From: Paecilomyces variotii
Lineage: Eukaryota
Direction: 5' to 3' (one strand)
DNA: 64,000 nt
Assembly: GCA_004022145.1 (NCBI GenBank)
Contig: RCNU01000002.1
The notes beneath the pieces were generated by a model, which ran no database searches, was not told the DNA's origin, and saw nothing but the letters and a program-made list of their open reading frames with translations. Position numbers and translations under genes: made by a program. Of the stretch, positions 12,164-24,442 are shown in pieces. Every line of letters begins with the position of its first letter. Position 1 is the first letter of the stretch.

Positions 12164-13794
12164 TCAATCCTCAATATACTGGATCATGACTGTTCCGTTC
12201 TTCAAGCCAGCATCTGCGATGGTGGTGTCCAGCTGCTCGATCAAGTTTTGACCCATCGCGTTCAGTTCAAACTCCACGCCCGCCTTCTCCTTCAGCGGTG
12301 GATCGGCTTTAAGCCACTCGTAAATTCGCTGTACAGGATCAGACAAAGCGAACCTACGGATGACTCGACCAGATGGGTGGCGGAATTGAATGCGCGTTGT
12401 TGTAGCAGGGTCAGCCGGTGGCTCCACGTGAGGACGGTCCGAGGGAATGGAGTAGAAAGGCGACGCAGCGGCCTCCTCTTCGGCCTCCTCCATATCTTCG
12501 TCCTCTTCTACGGCCCGATCTTTGCCTTTGCCTTCAACATCTCCCTCGCCCTTGGTCAGCTCATCCGGGTCCTCCACCTTCCTGGCAGGTTCTCCGCTGC
12601 CAAGACTGTTTCGAAGAGCCATCTCCATCATCTCTTCCTCTGTCATCGCGTCGATCGTCTTCTCTTTCTCGGGTTTCCGCTTGGCAACAGGGTTACGCAC
12701 GTTTTGCTTTAGACTGTATCGGTCGAGGAACTCATGGAGCTGCATGAGAAAGTCGGCTGCCTTAACTACAGGCGGTCCCGACCAGACCTTCACTTGCTCG
12801 CCGGTTCGGGGGTCGACGATAGCGATATGAGGGTAGTTGTCGGAGACATCGTGGCCGTGGAAATAGTACTGTAGATAGGGAGCAGCTCGCGGGTCGTCCT
12901 TGGAGTACTGTAGAAAAATAAAATGCTCCTTGACCGTCTCCATGATTGCGGGATCCTTCCACAGGTCTCGATTCAATACCTGGCAATCAAAGATGGAGGG
13001 ATCCTGGATATTCACTAGTATCCATTTCTCATTTTCGCGTCCCTCTTCACGGGCAAGATCCCAAGGGAGTCTTGACATCAACTCGAACGGAGGACGGTAC
13101 ATCTCCGCAAGCATGTTGGATTTTGAAGACGCCTCTGACGCACCACCAGTCGCTGCTGCGAGACTCGCACGGTGCGAAGCATCCGAGCTCCCACCGGCCC
13201 AGATAGACGAAGTATCTCTCTGGTTGAATATCCCCGGTCGATCTAGAAAGAGGACAAAAGGTCAGCATTTGTCAGTGGAGTTAGTCGGAGATGGTTTCAC
13301 GGACTGCTTCTTGATTGCCTGGTGCGCAGCTGGCTCAGAATAGCGCTGTGCATGTCGTTATCATCGTAGACATCCGTCTCCGGTCCGACCAGTCGCTCGG
13401 TCGTTCTTGCCATGGGAGCCCGCACACCATCCGAGCTGTCTGCACCGGAACCTGAGTATAGCTCCTCCTGTAACCGTCGGGCCATGGCAGCATCATCTTC
13501 AAATACGCCTCCAACGGCACCTGACGCACCCGGTCGAGCTGAAGACGATCGTATTTCTTGCACGTCGTCATCGGAGTCGATATGGACTACTCCGGACTCA
13601 TCCTCATAGCCTGCCCGCCGAGAAGGTCGTTGGGGCTCTGCAGAAGGCTGTTCCCCGATTTCCGCCCCTCCATTTTCAAAGAAGAGCTGTATCGCCTGCT
13701 CAAGGTTGAAATCGGCCAGCTCAAGGTACTGAGACGCCAGCTTTGGAGACGAGCCCGTGATCTCGGTGAACTGAGCCACCACGTCGTCATCCAT
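12164..13794 (-). CDS. UBX5: UBX domain Cdc48 adaptor (UBA-like, UAS, UIM, UBX; Ubx5/UBXN7-like)
   Basis: N-terminal VAQFTEITG...LEQAIQLFF, UAS FDCQVLNRDLW, UIM EEEMMEMALRNSL, and UBX TRIQFRHPSGRVIRRF...TIADAGLKN. Confidence 0.9.
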
Positions 13795-14584
13795 CGTGGG
13801 TGTCAGATAAGGATAGACTCGTGCGTGGGTGATTAGTCAAAATAATCAAGACGTCCTGTTCTGCGGCGCGGGGAAATTTAAACAACAGTGTCGATATGTG
13901 GTGGTGGATACTGTAGCGGCGAGTCGAAGATGCAAACAGCTGCAAACTATGGGTGGGATGCAACAATATAGCGGAGGTAGTAGACGGATCTCGGGAAAAC
14001 GGATACGAATTCTGTAAATCTGTTTGAGGAACCGGCAAAGATCCAACAAAAGATGGCGTTCAAAAAAATTTCATGTCGTACAGCATTCAAGTGCTGGCGG
14101 TGACAGGCACCGTGTGGACATCGTCATCTGCTCTTGGCGGAGAGTGACGCAGTACTGCGAACCTGCAGGAATAATATGATTTTCCGACTCCGGCCATGGG
14201 TAACTCCAACCGGCGCCAAGACAATTATGCCAGCTGCACAATTACGGCGTTCCAGAGAAGCCCAACCTGCAGTTATGCACAAAACTTGTGCATCATCTGC
14301 ATAACAGGATTATCCGGTCTACCGTAACGATCTGTGGCTTGTGTCAATATAGCCCGATCAGGGAATCCGAAGAAAATTGAACTACATGTACAAGTCTCTA
14401 CACTAAGTTCACCAGTACCACGGCACTCGTCTGCACCATCTGGAGACGGGAACTCGTAATACATAATCCCCTGAATATAAGGTCAATTGATCCCGAGCCC
14501 AAGTGTAAATCATAGGAAATGATTAGGTACATAGCCGTCAAAAAGACCGAAGCCCTTCGTTCCTAGCTGCAGCAGATGATGGAG

Positions 14585-14686
14585 CGCGCGGAGTGTCCCA
14601 CGTGACCTCGGACGACCTGCCTCGCGTCGGCTCGCAACGCGCTTCGCGTTCCTGCCACTTTAACAACTTGGACGCGGCGCGCGTGC
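14585..14686. promoter_or_regulatory. Cluster of MCB-like (ACGCG/CGCGT) elements upstream of CDC6
   Basis: At least five CGCG cores (tcgcgt twice, acgcgc, acgcgg, gcgcgcgt) lie 110-210 bp before the ATG. MBF control of CDC6/cdc18 is established in yeasts. Confidence 0.6.
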
Positions 14687-14796
14687 CTCACGGATACCCC
14701 CCCTGGGGATACCCCCCCGTGCCTGCTCTCAAAGGTACATCCTCATCCAAGATCGCTCTCGCCGCTTTTCACCACCACCACAGATCAACAAGCACA

Positions 14797-16841
14797 ATGG
14801 CAGCCACGGTCCTGGGAAAGCGTCAACGAAGCGCCATTGGAACAGAAGGTAGGTGTATCTGTCTACTCTGGTATATTTCCTTTTTCTTCATTCCACTCAC
14901 TGACTCTTTCCTGTCCAGCATTGCCGTTGCGCTCGCCCAGCAAGCGTCGTACGCGAGCACCCCGAATTCTCGAGGAAGTGGGCAACCCATCTATATCGTC
15001 GACACGCCAACTCAGATCTCGCACTAGGGACTGCAGCCCGCAGCAGGAGAACGACCCTAACGTCAAGGCTTCAACGGTCGGTAACGTACCCTCGAAACAT
15101 ACCGTTTCTGACGAAAAGCCCTTATCGCCCAAGAAGAACGATTCCCACGTTTCTGCCGCCAAATCTGTAACTGGTAAGTCCTCGTGTCCGTAGTCGCAGA
15201 TGGACCGGGAAACGACTGACCCGGATGATAGAAGAAAATCCCAGATCTACCGGGTTCAAGACTCCGCAGTCGGCCAGATATCGAGATGCACTTGCACAAT
15301 CTCCTCCAGTCACTCCCCGGCACAGAGTGCAAGTAGGCGCTGGAAGATCGCTCACGCCTCGCACACCCCGCCATCTTTCTACCCCGACGGCTACCACGCA
15401 AACGGTCTACACTCCTGCGAGGCAGTTGTTTGCACGAAGCGCACGCCCGGGTCGCCTTGTTGGACGAGACAGAGAGCGCGAGCAATTGACCTCGTTCATC
15501 CAGAATGGAGTGGACGAGCGAAGGGGAGGCTGCCTCTACGTCAGCGGGCCTCCAGGCACGGGAAAGAGTGCGATGGTGGAAGAAGTGTGCAAGGACATGG
15601 ACCTTGGCAAGACTGTCAAAGTCACACATGTCAACTGTGTTAGCATGCGAAGTGCTCGTGACGTGTACGGAAAGCTGGTCGGCGATCTATGCGATGACTC
15701 GCAGGTTTTCAAGAAGACTGAGGCCGACAGGCTGAAAGACATGTTTATCGCCACGAAGAAGCCAGATACTGTGTATTTGGTGACTTTGGACGAAATTGAC
15801 CATCTCTTGACGACCGATTCCGAAGTGCTGTACTCGTTGTTTGAGTGGTCCCTGCACAGCCGCTCGTGCCTCATGCTCATCGGAATTGCGAATGCGCTGG
15901 ATCTGACAGACCGGTTCCTCCCGCGTCTGAAGGCGAAGAACCTGAAGCCGAGCATGCTTCCATTCTTGCCCTACACTGCACCTCAGATTGCCAACGTGAT
16001 CACCACCCGTCTCCGGTCATTGCTTCCTAATGACCAGGACTCCAGCTCAGACTTCGTCCCTTTCCTCCATCCCACTGCTATCCAGCTGTGCTCCAAGAAG
16101 GTGGCATCGCAGACGGGAGATCTGCGCAAAGCTTTCGAATTGATCAAGCGGGCTATTGATGTTATCGAGCAAGAGACTCTGCAGAAACTGGACAAGCAGA
16201 ATGCGGTCCCTGACAGTCCTTCCAAGACAGCTCTGGCGGAAAACCTCAATCTCTCATCGCCTTCCAGGACTGCAGCTTCGAAGGCAGCCTCAACAGCCGT
16301 ATACACACCTTTTACGGCCCCGAGAGCTACTATTGCCCACATCGCCCGTATCACTTCAGCTGCTTTTGGACAGGGTACGACGCAGAGGCTACAGGGGCTG
16401 AATCTACAGCAGAAGGCGGCCCTCTGTGCGCTGATTGCGCTGGATAGGAAGCGTCGTGACGGAGACGTCTACAGCACTCCGACAAAGAGCAGGGCGAGTG
16501 CTCCCACCATCAAGCAGCTATACGACACCTACTGCGCATTGTGTCGTAACGACAACGTGCTGCAACCCCTGACAGGAACTGAATTTAAGGATGTGATCAG
16601 CAGTCTGGAAACCATGGGTCTCGTTGGAGAGATCCAGGGCCGTGGACGCGGGGGCACTGTGCCTACGGGTTCAGGCATTCTGCGCACCCCGTCGAAGAGC
16701 GGTAGCGGATCGTCCACTCCCAGCAAGTCCCTCGACGAGAAGGGTCTCGCGTGCTTTGTTACGCAGAAGGAGGTCGAGACTCATATCTCCGGTCCCGGAG
16801 AAGGCATTCTCAGGGCTCTCCTTTCGGGGGAGGGCCTGTAA
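14797..16841 (+). CDS. CDC6: Replication licensing AAA+ ATPase Cdc6/Cdc18 (3 exons)
   Basis: N-terminal S/TP CDK sites, LYVSGPPGTGKS (Walker A), LDEIDHL (Walker B), IGIANALDLTDRFLPRL, GDLRKAF and a winged-helix C-terminus. Confidence 0.96.
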
Positions 16842-17930
16842 TTTGTTTTTGTTGTCGTTTCGTACAACTGCTACATTGAAGCGCGGCGTCTTGGATTGTT
16901 TGACGTTCGTTTCCGCGAGCGCTTTCTACACTGTATTATCTGCATGGGTCAAGGAGTTTTGTCGTTTTCATGTGCATTTATCATTAGCCGGTGTACGGTC
17001 TTGTTTTGCATAAGCTGGCTGGTTCTGTCCAGCGCATTGGTTCACGGATGAGAAAAGGTTGTCACCATTCACATGTCTAGCATTAGAGAGCAGCGCCAAA
17101 TCATCATATACAGATACAGATACCAATTCAATCAGTATCACTATGGAAGATATTGTACTCAAGGACCATGGGTAATTGCAGGATAAAAGTATAAACAGAG
17201 CAAAGTTTAGCATAGCATACACATAGCAGAACATAACAAATCAGCCGGACCTAACTATCCTATACCTAGCCTTAAGTAATATAGAACCTCCCGAGGCCCG
17301 AAACAAGACTATAGGCAGGCTAGATACTGAAGCTGAAACGTATTCACATTCACGACAAGAAATAAATAGATGACTTGAGGAAAGGAAATAACGCACAAAA
17401 CAAGAGAAAAAAACAACAAGACAAGAGTCGGTATCAGGTAAAAAGGTATCATGTGGATGACCCTAAGCGTTTTAAACATTCCGGGATTTTGCGGCGAGGT
17501 ACATAATGATGGAGATGGAGATGAATAAATGGTATCAATCAATCAATCAATTCGCTGAATCGATTTCTCCAGAATGGAATGGTATGGTATCGAATTTGCC
17601 CCAAGGTAATACATGAAAGAAAGAAGACAAATAAGGAGAAGAAATTCTTGACATAACAGAGCAAGAGCAGACAAGGAGGCTGAGCAGGAAGGAAGATAGG
17701 TTTCCTAGTTCGCGATAGAAGCCTGCTTTTTTGGTATTCTCCTTCGTTTGAGGTGGTTTTTTCTTGTTCTCTGCGTGTCAAAGCCATGCGGACATACGTA
17801 TGTATAGAGATACATGTCTTTGGGGTTGTAGTAGGTTGGTTAAGGTACATCAAGCGCGTAGATACATAGATTTCTCACCCCTGAGCTAAAATTTACATTG
17901 CAGCCATCATTTGGTTGAGAAGCAAGAGAT

Positions 17931-20808
17931 CTAGTCATCCATCGGCTTGTCCTCAAGAGTGACTGGTTTCAGAGGCTCAGATGCTTCGACGACGCTGTTG
18001 CGGTTGCTGCCGGTGCCGCTACCCAGACTCGTGACGCTTCCGCGGCTGAGGCCTGGCTTGCGGCTAACGCGACCAGCGATGCGAGTGAGAGAATCGCGCT
18101 TTTCGACTTCAACAGTGCCGCTGGGAACTGGGGCCGGAGTAGGAGTTGGGGTGGGCGAGTCATCAGATCCATTAGTGGCTTCCGTCTCGGTGGAATTGGC
18201 TGCTGCAGACGTCGTTTCAGAGTTAGCAGACTCGGAACTGGCGCCGTTGATGGCCTCTTCAACGTTGTGCTGTAGCTTGGTGAGATTGCGGTCCCCGGCA
18301 GGAGAAGACTCGTTGCTGCTCGGAACTTCTAGGCTGTGTCTGGTCTTGGTCTTCGGGCTGTTGAGGTTGATAGGGAATCTCGTTGATCTAGATCCATCGG
18401 TAGAGCGGTCCCGACGGTGTCGGCTCCCCGGTGCCGGACTAGTCGCACGGCTGCGGTTGGCGATGGCACGGTTACGGGCTTCCATAGCTGCCCGACGGTT
18501 GCTTTCATCCGTGCTGATTGCCCGGAGACGAGGCTGGCCTCCAGCTCCCAATCCCAGGCTGCTAGACTGGCGCTTGAGTTCGTCGAAGATAGCATCCTTG
18601 TGAGCAAAGAGGTCCCTCATCAGTCGATAGCTGTGGCGCTCGTTCATGGTCAAGCTGCTCTCAATCCGAGGGCGCAGAATGCAGGGAGCCAGAGTCTGAG
18701 CCAACGCGGCAATGTATGCCTCATCAGCAGAGGTCAGGTCGATTAAACGAGTAAAATGAGTCATGATCGCATCAAGCGTGGCAATGTTGTTGAGACGGAG
18801 CTGGCCAAGGGTGCTCTGCAGGACCTTGATCCGCCCTTCTTCGGTGGTCTCGTGGGCAGTAGTGGAATAGATCGTTTTGATTATCTCGTATACTTGGGAA
18901 GAAACAAGGGAATCTGCAGAGATGTCAGTACCAATGCGGAGACTGTCTTTGCATTGAGGGCACAAACCTGGTAGTTCAAGGAGATACAATTTCAAAACGC
19001 TCGCAACAATGGGTATCTCGTACTTCTCTAACACTTCACGGGCATCGGTTTTGGCGTAATTCAGAGCATTACGAAGATGATGCGTGGCCGCGAGAGGAAC
19101 GTCGTGAAGCCAGATGGCACGTCGTGCCTCATCACCTTCGAGGTCCGGGTAGTCTAATTCAAGTTTAGTATCAGGCCAGTTCAAAGGATAAGATATCCAC
19201 CCTTACGGTTGTCAAGGAAAGTCAAAATCGTCGTAACAAGAATAGGAACACGCTTCCGGTCAGCCCTGGCCCTGGCCTCCAAGTCCACGCCAAACACTTG
19301 ATCTACAATAATCAGTCAGTTCAGCATGACCTTTTATTCTTTTGCTCTAGAGAGAGCAGAGTCCTTACCCTCCACAGAACCATAGTAGTTCTCGTAGGCT
19401 TGCACCTTTGGAACGAAGCTACCGGTCCGGTAATTCTCCAGGAGATATCGCAGGTCGCCCAGCGGCTGAATGGTCTCCTGGAACAGCATCATGTGGTCCA
19501 CAGTGCTCTGCAAGCTGGGGATCACATTGCTGATGGCACCCGAAAAGTCGAGAACGACAGACTTGATCGCCTTTAGACGGTCCAGCTCGCACCGCTCCAT
19601 GAAACGGAGATTCTCGACAATCTCTTCTTCCAGTCTGCATCGCAACTGATCCAACTTCTGCACAGCCGCCTTGTAGCGTTCGTCGGCCTCGCGGGCTTCC
19701 CGGTGCAGCTTTTCAGATTGCGTCTCGTTGGCATACGGGTTATTCAGTGGATTCCAGCCGGCCAGCATCTCTGAGACGGCAGAGATAGTCGGAGATTCCG
19801 ACGAGCTATCGACGGATCCAGCAGACGCGACACGCGCGAGAGGCTTCTTCTTCTCCGGGATCCCAGTGATCTGGAACACCTTTGGCCGCCACTGGTAGTT
19901 CATGCGGGAGCTGTTTGCGAAAGTGCTGCCCATGTTGCCCACCAGGCGCAGGAACCCGTTGTCGACCAAGTCCTGCCCGATCCTCTCCGCATAGCTGATG
20001 CTAGTTGCGTTCAAGTGCTTTTGGAGGTATTCCACGATCTCCACGCCTGTAGACGTATTCTGGTAAGTACCCACAACGGGCACCTTCGTTTCTCCCAGCC
20101 GGATATTCTCAAGCATATGGGTGAGGAGCTTCTTCAATTCATCCGGACCGTACGTAAGGTCACCAATCTCGATCGGTTCGGGCTCCTCCGTTTGTTCATC
20201 GGGAAGAACGATCGTCGGCGGCTTGTTCTTGGGGCTCGAGTCCGGACTCTGGAACGCAAGCTTGTTCTCCTCCTCCAGGTCCTCCACCAGTCGACACTTG
20301 TTGAAGTACTGACTGCGCAGCTTCTTCACCAGATCCGCCTGCTTGGTATGTTCCTTGATACGCGCCTGCAGTTCGTCGTGCGAGATCTGGACCCTGGCCT
20401 CGTGTTGGTCGCACCAGCGGCTGAACGGGACGACCACCAGTTCTCGGATATTAGACGCGATCTTCTGGTGAGCCTTTGCCGCTTCGACCATCTCACCACG
20501 GACGCCCTCGTACGCCTACCGCCCACGCCAAGTCAGTATTCAACTCCAAATGTCCTCCAAGTAGGGGTTCATCAACGAACCTTCCTCACGCTAGCCCCAT
20601 CATCCTTGCCAAAGCCGTTCGATATCCGATCCGCCGCAGGTGCGATATCACCAATCTTGTTACTGTACAGTTCCTCCGCATCGGCTCGCATCGTCGCAAT
20701 GGTAAGGATCTGCTTGTTCTCCGCAATCCCCTGCTGGAGCTTCCCGTAGACGACGCCCAGACCACTTGCGTAGTCGGGCGTCCAGAACGAGTCCGCAAAT
20801 CCAGGCAT
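17931..20808 (-). CDS. F-BAR/DEP/RhoGAP protein (Rgd2/Rga8-like), 5 exons
   Basis: FADSFWTPDYASGLGVVYGKLQQG (FCH), AERIGQDLVDNGFLRLVG (DEP) and ASVLKLYLLELP (RhoGAP). Confidence 0.9.
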
Positions 20809-22564
20809 CGCGGAGAATCAGAGCTCGAGACACGAAAAGGAGCGGAGACAGCGAGGTTGTTTCGCAAAGAGGTAAAGGACAGTGTTATAGGTGAACTGCC
20901 GTCAAGGAGAGTAGAGCAGATGATGCACCAAGAACAATCCCTGCCACGAGACACGTTGTCGGCGGCTGGTTCATACGCAAGTGTCGCAGCTAGGTGAATA
21001 GGTCACCACACGCAACCAGTGAATGCTGAAGGGGAAAACTGCCTTCCAAACAAACCCAACAGCAACTCTTCGGGGTGTAAATTATATCCGTTCCACAGAA
21101 TCTTATTGTCGCACCGGTTGTCGTTGAGCAGGCATACCCTGTATGTACTGCTGCGTGTGGTATGCGACGGCGCTAAACAGCAAAATCAACAGGTTTCAAC
21201 AAGGTAACAATACCTTTAACCAACCGCAAAGGAAAAGAACCCGCAATTTACAGCGCAGGGAACAACGAGTGGGAAAGATCGTATCTCCCAGGTTTCGTGA
21301 AGTAGAAACAGGGAACAATGGCGTATTGATTCGAAAGAACGCAGGCTAATGAAGAAAGCAAAAATCACAGACAAGAGTCCCAAGGAACAGCAACCCAGGA
21401 GAAGAGAGACAAGAATAGCCAGACTGTTGGAAACTAGAGTAGAGTTAGATTGAGGTTGAGTGGAGTTTTGGGAAGCGCCAACCGCCCGTTCAGCCCAGTT
21501 GGAGACGAAACGGCCATTTCTGCTTTCTTTTCAGCCCGTTTGTAAGAACCTGGTAAAATGAACTGTAACATTACCAGCCATTCCACGCAGCTGTTTTGGT
21601 TCGGTTTGCACTAGCGTAATCAAATTACCCCCGTCCCATGTGTCGCGTCCCCCTCTCGTCCCTATTTTTGGCTACAGAATGTAATGTAACTTACGCGGAC
21701 CTCCACCCGCTGTTTGCTCTCTACGGCGACCCGTATAGACCATTATCCACAGTATGGTACGGTCCAGTAAGTAAGTAGGTAAGTAAGTTATCGGAACGTT
21801 ATTCTCCGTTACGTATTTTATTTTATTTTATTCGTACTACTTGAACAAGCCACAGAAGGCAAACATGCCAAGAACAAACTCCAGGGCCTCGACCTGGATT
21901 ATTCCCGGAAAATAAATAATACCAACTTCGATTGCTTCGATACTGAGCTCAGCCACACTCCCTTCGTGATGGGCTGTGGATTGAACGGGTCGTTTCTATA
22001 GTACTCACCATAAACAGATAACTAGTTGATTGAAACGGCGCGGATCAGTGTTTGGAATCGCGTGGATCGCGCGCTCTGCTGGAGAAGCAATGTTTACATA
22101 TGTGAACAGGCTGAAAAGCTTCTGTAGTATGGTACTACTCTATGGTAGGGTCTTCTAGCATTCCTGAAGATGGGGCCCGATGGAGATTCCCCTGTAGATA
22201 CACTGTTTGTGTATGGATGTCAGAAAATGAAAACTAGGTACTCATAGGATAATTGGGATAAGATTCGCCACCTCCTTGGAGGGCCTGAAGTATCATGTTG
22301 TTTTTCTACCCTATTATACATACTCCAGGTACATGCATAAAAAGAAAGAAAAGAGGAAACATTTTATGGTTGAGGACAAAAGTCCACCAAGAGAAGTTAA
22401 ACTGCTCGATTAGCCGGCAGCTTACCATCCAGGGTCTTCCACATCACAAAGATAGCCAGAGCAGGAGAGAAATTCTTTTGTACACATGAGAACTGTATTG
22501 ATTGGAAAAGAATAATAGAGAAAAAGAAATCACGCTGGTAAGGGGAATCTCGAGCCATACAACT

Positions 22565-24442
22565 TCAGCAGAACAACTTGTAAACCTTCTTCCAGGCCGG
22601 CCAGTTAGCCTGCTCGGCGCGCTCCTCCATCAGGAGAGCCTGGATATCCAGTTCGCGACGGCCAGTACTCAGATCCATATCCTTGGCGCGAATAAATGGC
22701 GTCTTCCAGCGAATCTTGTAGTAGACATAACACGCGATCACAATAGGGACACACAGATAACCGACCTCGAAGAAGTTCTCTGCCAGCTCGCCAGCAGTAT
22801 AATCACCGTAGCCGACCGGTGCGAAACCAGTCCAGAACTGGGCGACGAGGACAAGAAAGTTGAAGATGAACCCGATCCAGGAACCGATAAGACCGGCCTG
22901 CGAGCGGAAAGCCAGTTCGTTGAGACTGTGCCCTTGCGTCTTCCAGCCTTTACGGAAACGGATATGAGCCAGGCAGATGGAGCCCCACGTGAGGATGGAA
23001 GAAAGACCCGAAAGTGCCATCATCCAAGTAAACGCCTCCTCCTGCTTTGGAGTTGCCGCCAGGAAGCACAAAAGACCGATGGCGGCCGAAAGAATGATTC
23101 CAAATATAGGGCGACCCTGGCGATCAATGTAGGCGAGGAAGCGCGGCGCCTGACCTTGCTCAGCCAGGGCGGCCAAGGTACGCGAGGAGCCGTAGACAGA
23201 TGAGTTTCCCACGGAGAGGACAGCAATCATAATCACCACGTTCATGACGGAGTCCAGGCCGCCTATACCAGCATTCTTGATGGCAATGACGAAGGGCGAT
23301 GCAGCAGCATCCACATTGGACGACCCGAGGAGACGTGGGTCGGTATATGGGACGAGAAGACCAACAAGACAAAGAGAAACAATGTAGAAGAGCGTGATAC
23401 GCCAGAATACTTGCTTGACGGCCGTAGGCAATGTCTTCCGGGGATTGGCTGCTTCAGCAGCCGCGAGACCGACCAGCTCCGTACCGGCGAAGGCAAAGGC
23501 TGCATTTGTGAATACACTGCAAAGCCCCTTGAAGCCATTGTGAAAAGCACCAGGGTCATGCCAGTACTTGCCGCCAATATAACCGCCCTTGGGGCCGCCG
23601 CCGCAGTTGAGGATAATACCTAGAATACTATGGCCAGTCAGAACTCGGAATGAACCTCAATGGGAGAAGGCTTGGGAGGAACAACTCACATGAAACCGAC
23701 CACGGCAATGACTTTGATGGTGGAAAAGACAAATTCAGCTTCACCGTACCCGCGGACACCGAATAAGTTGATGGAGACGATCAGGACCCAGAAGATAGAA
23801 ACCCAAGCGGCGTTGTTGACTGGGGAGCCCCAGTAGTCGATGGTCATGGACGCAGCGACAATCTCAAGAGGCAAGACGACCAGCCACTGCAAGGCGTAGT
23901 TCCAACCCATGGCGAAACCCCAGGCGGGATCCAGAAAGCGAGTCGAATAAGCGGAGAAGGAACCAGCAACGGGAAACAGGACAGCCATCTCTCCCAGAGC
24001 ATGCACCGTGCAGTACAGCATCACACCAATCAGAGCATAAGCAATGAGGACCGATGCAGGGCCTCCAGTTTGCAACACGGATCCCGAGCCGACGAAAAGA
24101 CCAGTGCCTGTGATGCCTATTAGTTATCTATCCTAATCAATGGAAGAACTCTTGCATACCGATCGAACCACCGATGGCAATCATCTGGAGGTGACGGCCC
24201 TTCAGACGACGCTGCAGAGGCGAGCTGGCCGTGTTGGCCGCAGCCGTCTCGATATCGTAGGCGTTTCCATCTGCGCCTGGCGTGCCTGACTTCGCGACAC
24301 GGGCATTCGGATCCCGCTTGAAGCTATCAATGATCCTTCTGCCCAAACCAGGCCGAGCATCATTGACGTCGCCGTATGCTGGAGGAGCGGTGTAGTCGGC
24401 AGTCGTAGTCGGTTCCGCCTTGGAACCAATGTCCTTCTCCAT
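22565..24442 (-). CDS. Amino acid permease (YAT family, Gap1-like), 3 exons
   Basis: [41 protein letters not shown] and AFAFAGTELVG motifs. About 12 TM segments and a C-terminal KLFC. Confidence 0.95.

Noticed and set aside
17947-18603. Long antisense ORFs over coding genes (also 53929-54798 and 60145-60939)
   Set aside because: Shadow ORFs caused by GC-rich codon usage on the opposite strand.
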